IMG/VR virus record: IMGVR_UViG_3300048565_000023
Location: 1-46,385 of that record
Source: a virus
Lineage: Duplodnaviria > Caudoviricetes
Direction: 5' to 3' (one strand)
Length of the DNA stretch: 46,385 bases
Shown here: piece by piece, positions 1 through 8,301 of the stretch
How the letters are laid out: every line of letters starts with the position of its first letter
Numbering within the stretch: position 1 is the first letter of the stretch
Made by a program: the position numbers and the translations under genes
The notes under the pieces: model-generated
Seen by the model: only the letters and a program-made list of their open reading frames with translations
What the model was told of the DNA's origin: nothing
Database searches by the model: none

Positions 1-143
1 GTGGAAGTTTTGAAGCCGGCTAAAGAGCGGATTGAGCGTGGTTGGTGCAGGGGGCAATTCGCCGTGAATGCACACAACGAACCCGTCAGCGAGCTTTCCC
101 AGGAGGCGTGCCGTTGGTGTACTTCGGGCGCTTTCTACGCAGT
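1..143. repeat. Terminal direct repeat, copy 1 (circular overlap)
   Basis: Matches 46243-46385 except C17 vs G46259; positions 18-143 (126 bp) identical. Confidence 0.97.
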
Positions 144-297
144 CTGCAATGACATGGACGAACGCAACATGGCGCGAGACGTGTTCAGGAAAGTCATCGA
201 TGACGAAAACATCACTCGCTGGAATGACAGTCCCGGCAGGACGAAAAGGGAAGTCCTAGCCGCCTTCGATAAGGCCATCGCCCTAGCCACCCCCTAA
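1..297 (+). CDS. DUF6197-like phage protein (true ATG at 46234 across the circular junction)
   Basis: GWCRG...WC..GA...WND.PGRT..EVLA.FD motif; MSVVEVLK start at 46234. Confidence 0.7.
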   Translation: MEVLKPAKERIERGWCRGQFAVNAHNEPVSELSQEACRWCTSGAFYAVCNDMDERNMARDVFRKVIDDENITRWNDSPGRTKREVLAAFDKAIALATP

Positions 298-331
298 CCC
301 AGCCCGCCCCGAAGGACAGAGGGACAAGATC

Positions 332-532
332 ATGCCAAGTTTCGACACCGTTCATTTAGTGCCCGCCATCGGTGGCCCGTTCTGCGGAGGTTCGCTTCCG
401 TGGAACGTTTCACCCTACGACGGAACCGTGGGAGCCTTTCCTTGGCTCGGCAAGAAGTACCTGTACCAGTTCAGCATGGCGAGATTCCGCTGGGAGTTTC
501 TGGCTTGCGAACGTGAATGCGGAGGGGTTTAG
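332..532 (+). CDS. Hypothetical protein
   Basis: ORF with purine-rich RBS; GGPFCG motif common in small phage proteins. Confidence 0.6.
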   Translation: MPSFDTVHLVPAIGGPFCGGSLPWNVSPYDGTVGAFPWLGKKYLYQFSMARFRWEFLACERECGGV

Positions 533-534
533 AG

Positions 535-816
535 ATGAATAACGTTACTCAACAAGAGATAGCCGAATCCGCTCAAGCGGCTGCCGAGTTCCAAGAGATG
601 GTGGAACGCTGCGAGACGGACGGCTTTGAATTCACCCACGTCAACGACCTCGCGGAACTGATTCAGTGCGCGGCGCGTGATCCCAAGACGGAAACGTTGC
701 TCAATCGCTGCATTAGCCACCAGAAGCGAGAGCAGAAGCGAATCGAGGAAGCGAACAAGCAGCGCAAGGCCGAACTTGCTGCGGCTGTTCGTGAGCTAGT
801 TAAACGGGCCAGCTAA
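535..816 (+). CDS. Hypothetical protein
   Basis: GGAGG RBS before ATG 535; helical C-terminus. Confidence 0.65.
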   Translation: MNNVTQQEIAESAQAAAEFQEMVERCETDGFEFTHVNDLAELIQCAARDPKTETLLNRCISHQKREQKRIEEANKQRKAELAAAVRELVKRAS

Positions 817-845
817 CCCAGCCCCCAGCGAGAGGTGAGAGAGAC

Positions 846-1226
846 ATGGGAACGAAAAATAATCCAGGTCAATACGACTGCTACGCGAATGCGGAACCTG
901 ATGAGCCAATGTTTGTGCTCCTAGGGCGTGATCGTCACGCGCCAACTCTGGTGTGGCTTTGGGCCACGCTACGGGAGCTGGACCAAGAAAAGCCAGAGAT
1001 GGTTCAGGAGGCCCGCGATTGTGCCCTCGCAATGATCGAGTGGCAAAAGAACCACGGTCGCAAAGCTGTTGGGCTGGCTCAAGCGACCCTAGCAGGTCAG
1101 CTGGAAATGGTGCGGACCATTAACGGACTCGTCAACGCACTCAAAGCGAATCCCGGAAATGCGGCAACGGATATGGACATTGCGCGAACGTTCTTCGCGG
1201 CGTGCAAGTTCGAAGGAATCGCCTAA
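846..1226 (+). CDS. Conserved phage hypothetical protein (DEPMFVLLGRD family)
   Basis: MGTKNNPG.YDCY..AEPDEPMFVLLGRD motif; GAGGTG RBS. Confidence 0.7.
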   Translation: MGTKNNPGQYDCYANAEPDEPMFVLLGRDRHAPTLVWLWATLRELDQEKPEMVQEARDCALAMIEWQKNHGRKAVGLAQATLAGQLEMVRTINGLVNALKANPGNAATDMDIARTFFAACKFEGIA

Positions 1227-1241
1227 GCAAGGAGCCTAACC

Positions 1242-1409
1242 ATGTTCCGCCTGATGGACCACAAGACCGACGACGAAGCGATGCTCGACGAATTCATCGC
1301 GGCTGAGCGAATCAACGACGAATCGAGGGGAGAGTGGATTGGCGGCATGATCGTGGCGACGTTCGCGATTGCCGTTGTGTTGATCGGTGTTTTTGTGGCG
1401 AGGATGTGA
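1242..1409 (+). CDS. Small membrane protein (55 aa)
   Basis: Read manually; AGGAG RBS; C-terminal hydrophobic helix; TGA overlaps next ATG. Confidence 0.6.
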   Translation: MFRLMDHKTDDEAMLDEFIAAERINDESRGEWIGGMIVATFAIAVVLIGVFVARM

Positions 1410-1684
1410 TGATGAGCGACACGCCAAAATTGGCAGACGAATCCAAAAAGCTGCTCGATAACGGATGGACCATTGTTCTCCGTGGAAACGGTCTCGGATC
1501 GTACACGGCGATTGCTCTGGACCAGCAGGCGGTGTTGCTCGTTGACATTGATGAGGCCATTGAGGACTACGACGAAGGCGAGTCGCCCGACATGGTTCTG
1601 CATGGCGTTTGCCTAACCGACGACTTCGAACCGTCGCAGGCTTTGTATCGGTTGACCGAGAAGGTGTTCGGGAGGATCGCGTGA
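1409..1684 (+). CDS. Hypothetical protein
   Basis: Translationally coupled to both neighbours. Confidence 0.6.
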   Translation: MMSDTPKLADESKKLLDNGWTIVLRGNGLGSYTAIALDQQAVLLVDIDEAIEDYDEGESPDMVLHGVCLTDDFEPSQALYRLTEKVFGRIA

Positions 1685-2004
1685 ACAGAAAGCCGCTTAC
1701 CGAGCTAACGCGCGAAGAGTTGATTGATGTTTGCTACAAGATGGCCACCGTAATTCAGAAGCAAAGTAAGAGGTTCCATGAACGATGGTTAAAAGACCTA
1801 CCGCCATGCAGGCGAGCCAACGAACGCCACCAGAGGCATAAACGGGCATGGGGAAAGCGGAAGACGCGACTGATGCAGCTGCTTTCGGATTGCTTCCCGT
1901 TAATCGACAGTCGGCATGGTAACGTTTTGGATCGGATTAAGTACGAACTCGACCTCAACGAAGACCAGCTACAGCGGCGTGCCAACCGTCGGAATCGGAA
2001 GTGA
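1681..2004 (+). CDS. Hypothetical basic protein
   Basis: GTGA overlap with upstream stop; GGGAGG RBS. Confidence 0.6.
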   Translation: MNRKPLTELTREELIDVCYKMATVIQKQSKRFHERWLKDLPPCRRANERHQRHKRAWGKRKTRLMQLLSDCFPLIDSRHGNVLDRIKYELDLNEDQLQRRANRRNRK

Positions 2005-2064
2005 ATTAACTAGCCCCCCTGCGGGGCGAAAGAGGGAGGGGCACAAACCAGAAAGGGTGAAAAG

Positions 2065-2286
2065 ATGACACGAGATCAGGCGTCCCGATGTTGCGATGAA
2101 CTGAACGCACTGGATGAGCATTACGTGGCAAGCGTTGTCGAGGTCGGAACGAAGCGAATCGTCGGAGGTTTCGCTGTTAGCGTGCGACACGTTCCAAGTG
2201 GTAATGAAATCTCCTTTGCGATGGACATGGACGAGTGGCGTTACGTGCTTGCCGGAATGAAGCGACGCTTGGAGCCGGCCACATGA
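2065..2286 (+). CDS. Hypothetical protein
   Basis: ORF with RBS; ATGA coupling downstream. Confidence 0.6.
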   Translation: MTRDQASRCCDELNALDEHYVASVVEVGTKRIVGGFAVSVRHVPSGNEISFAMDMDEWRYVLAGMKRRLEPAT

Positions 2287-2516
2287 TTGTCCAGGTGCAT
2301 TGGCAGAACGAGAGCAATCCATCGGAGACGGAATTCATTCTCCAAACCGAGATTGAAAGCGAGGAAGCCTTTAATCGTTTTTGGGACGACTTTGTCAGGC
2401 GCGCTCGCGCTGGAGAGTTTGATCATATTAGGCCGGTGGGATGGGGCTTTCATTTCTTTTTGTGCAATCAACAGAGTCCACGGTTTGTCTACTTCCGGGA
2501 AGGCGGAGCTGTATGA
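2283..2516 (+). CDS. Hypothetical protein
   Basis: ATGA coupling at both ends. Confidence 0.6.
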   Translation: MIVQVHWQNESNPSETEFILQTEIESEEAFNRFWDDFVRRARAGEFDHIRPVGWGFHFFLCNQQSPRFVYFREGGAV

Positions 2517-2680
2517 AATACACCTTTCGAGCCAACTACCAAACAGACTTGCGGCCTTTGAACTTTTACTTTCTACCCAGCATCGTGCTTTGGTCGGAGT
2601 GCAAGAGTAGGGCGCGAGATCGGGCGTTAACGTTTTCGTGGCTTTGGTACGACTTCACGATTGATTTGGACAGGACTTGA
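2513..2680 (+). CDS. Hypothetical protein
   Basis: ATGA coupling; aromatic-rich 55 aa. Confidence 0.5.
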   Translation: MKYTFRANYQTDLRPLNFYFLPSIVLWSECKSRARDRALTFSWLWYDFTIDLDRT

Positions 2681-2843
2681 TGCGGCGACTCGTGGGGAGA
2701 GTAGTGATTGCGAACCCGCCGTGGGGCGCGCAGGCAAGATGGACGGTTCGACTCCGTAGCTTCAAACCTGGATTTGTCGAGAGCCCTGGTAAACGCAACA
2801 CAGTGTTTGACAACCATAGGCCGTTCGAATCCAGCCCGCATCT
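2679..2843 (+). ncRNA. tRNA-like structured element with a large insert replacing the anticodon loop
   Basis: 7-bp acceptor GATGCGG/CCGCATC; D-stem ACTC/GAGT; TTCGAAT T-loop at canonical spacing; fills an intergenic gap. Confidence 0.5.
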
Positions 2844-2893
2844 TTAAGACTTGTTTAGCCACCCCCTAACCGGACGCGGCAAGAGGATGTGAC

Positions 2894-3952
2894 ATGAGCA
2901 ATGAACTACTAACACACTCGCGGCAATCGTGCTTCAAGACGTGCCGACGTCAGCACTGGTACGCCTACGAACTTGGCATCCGTCGCACGACGGACGCGAA
3001 GGCGCTACGAATGGGATCGGCCTACCACGCGGGTATCGAGCAACTTGGAAAAGGCGCTGGCCTCGTGGCAGCGTGCCAGGCGGCAAGGGAGTCTTACTTT
3101 CCAGTACCAGAACACATCGACGAATACGGCTGGACGATCGAGCGCGAAACGGTTGTGCGAATGATCTGCGGCTATGAGTGGCGATGGTCGAGCGTCGCAA
3201 TCAAAGACGTCGCGACCGAACACGCCTTCGAGTTGCCGCTGCGCAACCCAGCAACGGGGCGTTCGTCTCGATCGTTCATGTTGGCCGGGAAGATAGACGG
3301 CATTGTTGAACTGGAAGACGGGCGGCTTGCGGTCAAAGAGTGCAAGTTACTTGGCGACGATATCGGACCTGATTCCGACTTGTGGCCGCGACTCCGCATC
3401 GATCACCAAATAAGCCTCTATGTGTTGGCGGCTCGTAGACTGGGTTACCCCGTGGATTGTGTGCTGTACGACGTGGCACGTAAGCCAACGATCAAGCCTT
3501 CCGCTATCCCGCAAACCGACGAACTGGGGGCGAAGATCGTTTTGGATTCGTCGGGCTTTCGTGCCAGGACCGACAAAGGCCAATGGCGACAAACCAGCGA
3601 CTCGGCCAAAGGCTATGTGCTTCAAACACGATTGATGACGCCCGAAGAATGGGGCGACAAGTTATCCAACGACATCGCCGAACGCCCGGACTTTTACTTC
3701 GCACGCAATGAAGTGGCTCGGCTCGACTGCGATCTGGAGGCTTACGAATTTGAGTTGTGGGAGATCGCACAGACGATGCGCGATGCCCAAACGAACGACC
3801 GCCACTATCGAACCGTCTCAAAGAATACCTGTGACTACTGCGCCTTCTTCTCGCTCTGCACGAGCGGCATTGACGCTGGGAAGGACGCGCTACCCGAAGG
3901 GTTTGTGAGAGTTGAGGACGTTCATCCTGAATTGGAAAGGGTTAGTTCATGA
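2894..3952 (+). CDS. PD-(D/E)XK Cas4/RecB-like exonuclease
   Basis: N-terminal Cys, GKIDG...E.K, Q...Y, C-terminal CDYC....C Fe-S motif. Confidence 0.9.
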   Translation: MSNELLTHSRQSCFKTCRRQHWYAYELGIRRTTDAKALRMGSAYHAGIEQLGKGAGLVAACQAARESYFPVPEHIDEYGWTIERETVVRMICGYEWRWSSVAIKDVATEHAFELPLRNPATGRSSRSFMLAGKIDGIVELEDGRLAVKECKLLGDDIGPDSDLWPRLRIDHQISLYVLAARRLGYPVDCVLYDVARKPTIKPSAIPQTDELGAKIVLDSSGFRARTDKGQWRQTSDSAKGYVLQTRLMTPEEWGDKLSNDIAERPDFYFARNEVARLDCDLEAYEFELWEIAQTMRDAQTNDRHYRTVSKNTCDYCAFFSLCTSGIDAGKDALPEGFVRVEDVHPELERVSS

Positions 3953-4815
3953 ATGCACCACAGGCACCGCCGAAAGGCCCGCCAGCACCGCCACCCGCAC
4001 GCAACGGATCGTCGCCGCCACCGAGTCGGCCAAACACTGTTTCGGACCGTACCTTCAGCGTGTCGAAGGGTGTGAAGATCGAACCGCAAAAGGTCGTGCT
4101 ATACGGCACTGGTGGTTGCGGGAAGAGTTCGCTTGCCGCGTCAATGAAAGATGTCGGTGTCAATCCGCTGTTTATTGATATTGGCGACGGAACTGCACAT
4201 CTAAACGTAGACCGGATTGGCGGCAAAGACAGCCCTATTATTGATTGGAAAGACCTTCGAAAGGCGGTACAGACCAAGGACCTATTGTCGGGCTATGACG
4301 CCATCGTGATCGACGACCTGACACGAGCGGAAGAAATGGCCGGTGATTGGGTCATAGACAACGTGCCGCACGAAAAGGCTGGTCGCGTTATCAACGGCCT
4401 GACGGACTACGGATACGGCAAGGGATATGAACACGTCTTTGACGAGTTCCTAAAACTGATTGGCGATCTGGATGCTGTGGTGCGAGACGACAAACACGTC
4501 GTTTGCATCGCTCACGAAATCACCGAGCGAGTGCCTAACCCCGATGGCGAAGACTGGTTGCAGTATCAGCCACGATTACAGAACACCAAGCAGTCCAACA
4601 TTCGCTTCCGCATGAAGGAATGGGCGGACCATCTGATCTTTGTTTCCTACGACGTGTCCACCAAAAACGGCAAGGGGACGGGCTCTGGAACGCGAACCAT
4701 TTACTCGGCTGAAATGCCAACCTGGCTCGCCAAGAGCCGGTTAATTTCCGAGCCGATCGATTATGTGAAGGGTAGTTGTGAGTTGTGGCGTCAGTTGTTG
4801 AAGAAAGGGAACTAA
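3949..4815 (+). CDS. Sak4-like AAA ATPase (single-strand annealing recombinase)
   Basis: Walker A GTGGCGKS, IVIDD, GYGKG, IAH, EWAD motifs; lies between nuclease and SSB. Confidence 0.85.
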   Translation: MNAPQAPPKGPPAPPPARNGSSPPPSRPNTVSDRTFSVSKGVKIEPQKVVLYGTGGCGKSSLAASMKDVGVNPLFIDIGDGTAHLNVDRIGGKDSPIIDWKDLRKAVQTKDLLSGYDAIVIDDLTRAEEMAGDWVIDNVPHEKAGRVINGLTDYGYGKGYEHVFDEFLKLIGDLDAVVRDDKHVVCIAHEITERVPNPDGEDWLQYQPRLQNTKQSNIRFRMKEWADHLIFVSYDVSTKNGKGTGSGTRTIYSAEMPTWLAKSRLISEPIDYVKGSCELWRQLLKKGN

Positions 4816-4817
4816 CC

Positions 4818-5417
4818 ATGTCCGAAGAAGTAGAGATTGATCGTGGCGGCAATTTCCGTGGCCGCATCCTGAGTTACGGAATCCAAGAGGCTTCGCAATC
4901 AAAGGCGGTATCCGTCTCGATGCGCGTTGCAATCGATGAAGCCTACAACGAGGAAACGGGCGGCTGGGACGATTGGCGGTCGCACAACGTCCGCGCCTGG
5001 GCTGCCTCGTGGATCATCGGCAAGAGCGGTGACGTCAACGACAAGGCCGTTGAATCGCTCTCGAAGGCTACCGGCTGGGGAGGTTCCTTCTTGGAGATCA
5101 CCGAACAGACATGGCAACCCGACGCCTGCCAGTTCTTCGTTAAGGGTGAAGACTACAACGGGAAAACGACCTACAAGGTCGCGTTTCTGAATCCCTACGA
5201 TGCTCCCGTCGGTGGCGGGAACTTGAACAAGATCGACGCCGACAAAGCAAAGGCGTTGCAGACTCAATACGGGTCGAAGTTCAAGGCGATTGCCGCGAAT
5301 GCGAAACGCAACGCTGGGCCTGCGAATGGAAAGCCGAAGGCCCCTCCACCCGCGCCCGTTGGTGCTGGTGCTGGCAAGAAGACCATTGACGCCAATGGCG
5401 ATGAGATCCCGTTTTAG
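4818..5417 (+). CDS. Single-stranded DNA-binding protein (DUF669-like)
   Basis: Acidic DEIPF tail; follows Sak4-like gene. Confidence 0.8.
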   Translation: MSEEVEIDRGGNFRGRILSYGIQEASQSKAVSVSMRVAIDEAYNEETGGWDDWRSHNVRAWAASWIIGKSGDVNDKAVESLSKATGWGGSFLEITEQTWQPDACQFFVKGEDYNGKTTYKVAFLNPYDAPVGGGNLNKIDADKAKALQTQYGSKFKAIAANAKRNAGPANGKPKAPPPAPVGAGAGKKTIDANGDEIPF

Positions 5418-5430
5418 GAAACTTCGTACG

Positions 5431-5477
5431 CTCCATTCCCGGTCCCCAGTGCGTTACTGGGGATACCGGGATGGAGT
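5431..5477 (+). other. Long GC-rich hairpin between SSB and RusA genes
   Basis: CTCCATTCCCGGTCCCCAGT pairs with ACTGGGGATACCGGGATGGAG (small bulges); no U-tract. Confidence 0.7.
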
Positions 5478-5493
5478 TAAGGGAAGGAACCCC

Positions 5494-5904
5494 ATGACCG
5501 CTTTCATTGTCCACGGCAACCCCGTACCCCAGCCCCGAGCGAAAGCCACGACGGTTGGCGGTCACGCGCGAATGTACACGCCAGACGCGAAGGTAAGGCC
5601 GTTCAAGCAAGCGGTGGCCTTTGAGTACAAGAACGCGGGCGGGCCGCTGATTGATGGCCCCGTGGGGATCGTCATTTTCAAAGTGTTTCAGCGTCCCAAG
5701 TCCATGACGAAGAAACGCGGTCCGAATCCACGAGTACGAAAGACGACGAAGCCGGACCTCGACAATGTGGACAAGGCCGTAATGGATGCTCTCACGGGCA
5801 TTGCCTACCGCGACGACGCGCAGATTTGCAAAGCAGAGTCAGAAAAATGGATCGCGGCAGGCGACGAAACGCCGTTTGTCCGCGTGGAAATCACCCCCCT
5901 TTAA
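5494..5904 (+). CDS. rusA: RusA-family Holliday junction resolvase
   Basis: P.PQPR...KPDLDN..K..MDALTG..Y.DD.QI motif. Confidence 0.92.
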   Translation: MTAFIVHGNPVPQPRAKATTVGGHARMYTPDAKVRPFKQAVAFEYKNAGGPLIDGPVGIVIFKVFQRPKSMTKKRGPNPRVRKTTKPDLDNVDKAVMDALTGIAYRDDAQICKAESEKWIAAGDETPFVRVEITPL

Positions 5905-5913
5905 CCGGAACCC

Positions 5914-6225
5914 TTGACCATGCCACCGACTGTAACGAAAATGGCCCCCTCACCACCCAAACTGAGGGCGAACAACGTGGGCCGCAAAAGAACCAGACCG
6001 GAGTACGGCAAAAAGCCGAGCCTGTCTCAGCGGTTCACACTTCATCTTTACGACGCTGTAGAGCGGTCCGGCCTGTCCAATGCCGAGATCGCCCAAAAGG
6101 TCGGAGTCAGCCCCGATACCGTTGCCAAATGGCTGAGAGGCGAAAACGTACCCAGCTTGGACTACTGGGACAAACTGTCCCTTGCCCTTGGGTTTTCTGA
6201 CCGCACCGAATTAGTGGATTTCTAA
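5914..6225 (+). CDS. XRE-family HTH transcriptional regulator
   Basis: GLSNAEIAQKVGVSPDTVAKWLRGENVP. Confidence 0.88.
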   Translation: MTMPPTVTKMAPSPPKLRANNVGRKRTRPEYGKKPSLSQRFTLHLYDAVERSGLSNAEIAQKVGVSPDTVAKWLRGENVPSLDYWDKLSLALGFSDRTELVDF

Positions 6226-6246
6226 AAGAATCCGGAAAATAGATAC

Positions 6247-6284
6247 CGATACGTCTTGTATTAGTACGCACCGTATCGTATTCT
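6247..6284 (+). promoter_or_regulatory. Sigma70-type promoter with overlapping inverted-repeat operator
   Basis: TTGTAT(6256)-17 bp-TATTCT(6279); CGATACG(6247)/CGTATCG(6272) inverted pair. Confidence 0.65.
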
Positions 6285-6321
6285 ATTGTTCGTGGGCAGC
6301 AAAGAACAAAGGGACGAAAAG

Positions 6322-6588
6322 ATGACTGAGATTAACGAAATGAATGCTTACCGATACGGCGACAACTTCGCAATCGTTCGCAGCGCAGACAATTCGTTCG
6401 CTGGCTGCGAGCACAATCAGCAGGAGGCGGATGCCATCGCCAAGTACCTGACGGGCTACACCGGCTCTTTCTATTCGGTGGTCCGCAACTCGAAGGACGA
6501 CATTCGCAAGGCCAAGGCTATCCGCAGGGATGTTGTGCGTGTTCAGAATCGCGAAATGATCCTCGAACAAATGGGAGTCGGCCGCTAA
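6322..6588 (+). CDS. Hypothetical protein
   Basis: First ORF after promoter; TAATG coupling. Confidence 0.6.
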   Translation: MTEINEMNAYRYGDNFAIVRSADNSFAGCEHNQQEADAIAKYLTGYTGSFYSVVRNSKDDIRKAKAIRRDVVRVQNREMILEQMGVGR

Positions 6589-7010
6589 TGAATTACATGA
6601 CGGTTCATACACTGCGGGAGTATTTGGGATCAGTGGTGCGCGAGACGTGGATTCACTGGGCGCGGGTCCAACCGAACGCGAAACCATCCTGGGTGGTTCC
6701 TTATGAAGAACTAAGAGAACCGGATAAGGAAGTGGATCGGCAAATTGGGGTCGACATCGCACTGACTACCGTTAATGAGTTAATGGACCTGCGCGACTTG
6801 TTGTACGGATTCGCCGAGCTATACGACGACAATCAGGCGATGGAGGCCGTGAACAAGTACGACGAATTAACTCGCAAGCTCTTTGACGCCCGCAGGGTAA
6901 ACGATGCCAGTTTTATGCCGTGCGGTTGCCCTGGAGGTTGCTTGATGGGTTCCGTGACAATGCGAAAGAAGTCGTATTGCGTGAGGGAGCGAGGCGTAAA
7001 GACCACATGA
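6588..7010 (+). CDS. RyR-domain-like phage protein
   Basis: W..WA.......PSWVVPYEEL.E.DKEVDR motif. Confidence 0.6.
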   Translation: MNYMTVHTLREYLGSVVRETWIHWARVQPNAKPSWVVPYEELREPDKEVDRQIGVDIALTTVNELMDLRDLLYGFAELYDDNQAMEAVNKYDELTRKLFDARRVNDASFMPCGCPGGCLMGSVTMRKKSYCVRERGVKTT

Positions 7011-7339
7011 GTAAACCCAATGAAGATTGTGAATCTTGCTTTGGTCGCGGCTATTGGCTCGATGACGACGGCCTAATCGAATGCTGCGAATGCACAAGGA
7101 ACGTGATACCCGTGTTTTGCCCAGGCCCCGACGATCATCCGGAAGACGATCACCTTGAACAGCAACACAAAGAGGCAGAGTACGACCGCGCCGTGAGCGA
7201 GTTGAATGATCTTTGCATGAAACTCACTAACTGGCGACGCGACTATAGCGAGTGCATGAGCGCGCTTGTCAAGGTGACAGTTAGCAGAGCAATTCTTGGG
7301 ATTGAAGAGGCTATCGGGCGTGCAAAGGCTGAGTCTTAG
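7007..7339 (+). CDS. Small zinc-finger protein
   Basis: CESCFGRG...CCEC; ATGA coupling. Confidence 0.6.
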   Translation: MSKPNEDCESCFGRGYWLDDDGLIECCECTRNVIPVFCPGPDDHPEDDHLEQQHKEAEYDRAVSELNDLCMKLTNWRRDYSECMSALVKVTVSRAILGIEEAIGRAKAES

Positions 7340-7419
7340 TCCCTCGCCTCGCGGAAGACTAGCGGGAGAGGGGGCAGTAGTGGATTGCTTTTAGGATTTT
7401 CGCACGGAGTGCGTTCGGC

Positions 7420-8301
7420 ATGAAGGCCGGTACGGAAACGAAAGCCAAATACAAGCGACTTAAGCGGCGAACCGGCCTGCCTCTATGGCAAGTCAACGGC
7501 CTGCTTGAAAGCCTCTGGCAGTTGACCGCCAGCAGCGCACCCGATGGTGGATTAGGGCGGCTATCGAATTACGACATTGCGGCAAGCATCGAGTGGGACG
7601 GCGACGAAAACGAAATGATCGCCATGCTTGCGGAGTGCGGTTGGATTGACGCCTACGACGATCCGAGCATTCGCTTCATCGTCCACGACTGGTCGGACCA
7701 CGCCCCTAATTACATCCGGGCAAATTTCACACGGCACGGCAAGGCGTTCTTAGCACCAAAAGAGCCGTCGCACGATGTTGCTAAGCAACTGCTAAGGAGT
7801 ATGCCAAGCAGCGTGCTAGCGCACGTTGCTAAGGATACTACCACCAAGCGAAGCCAAGCGAAGCCAAGCGAAGCGCAGTCAAGTCAAGCCAATTCAAGTC
7901 TCCCTTCGGGTGGTGCCGCTGTCGCGGCGGACGCTGACGGGAATTCCCAAAAATCAAAGTCACCCCCCCAGAAACCCCCGCGTCCCCAGAGCGACCCGCC
8001 AATCGTGCCGCCCGCTCTCGCGACCCCTGCGTTTCTCGCTGCGTGGCAGAGCCTGATCGCAACCCGCCGCAAGATTCGCTGCACGGTTCGGCCGGAGTGG
8101 CAATCGAAGTGGATGGAAAAGCTCTCGGCGTTTGGCGTCGAAGTGGCGATCGATACCGTGGTGGCGTCTGACGAAAACGAATGGAAGGGGTTGTTCCCTG
8201 ATCGATATGCAAAGGAGCGAAGTGGTGTCAAGCGAAGAACCGCCGATGTTGGAGCCGGAAAGATCCATCCCGACGACTACCGATCCGGCGACGCCTTCTG
8301 A
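7420..8301 (+). CDS. Phage replication initiator (lambda O-like organisation)
   Basis: N-terminal GLL..LW...IVHDW..H domain, low-complexity linker, C-terminal W.GLFP; precedes DnaC-like gene. Confidence 0.75.
   Translation: MKAGTETKAKYKRLKRRTGLPLWQVNGLLESLWQLTASSAPDGGLGRLSNYDIAASIEWDGDENEMIAMLAECGWIDAYDDPSIRFIVHDWSDHAPNYIRANFTRHGKAFLAPKEPSHDVAKQLLRSMPSSVLAHVAKDTTTKRSQAKPSEAQSSQANSSLPSGGAAVAADADGNSQKSKSPPQKPPRPQSDPPIVPPALATPAFLAAWQSLIATRRKIRCTVRPEWQSKWMEKLSAFGVEVAIDTVVASDENEWKGLFPDRYAKERSGVKRRTADVGAGKIHPDDYRSGDAF
7779..7873. repeat. Iteron-like repeats (candidate replication origin)
   Basis: TGCTAAG-like units at 7779, 7790, 7802, 7814, 7827; CCAAGCGAAG x3 at 7844-7873. Confidence 0.6.

Noticed and set aside
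1-143. Physical direct terminal repeats
   Set aside because: The repeat cuts through a gene and the 126-bp exact match fits an assembly overlap; cannot be decided without reads
284-845. CCTAAC gene ends as integron attC sites
   Set aside because: No matching GTTRRRY box or attC-length palindrome downstream, and no integron integrase
2679-2843. Canonical tRNA or tmRNA call
   Set aside because: No anticodon arm, weak T-stem, no G3-U70 pair, too short for tmRNA; kept only as tRNA-like
2894-3952. Cas4-like nuclease as part of a CRISPR-Cas system
   Set aside because: No other cas gene or array; it sits in a standard nuclease-Sak4-SSB recombination module
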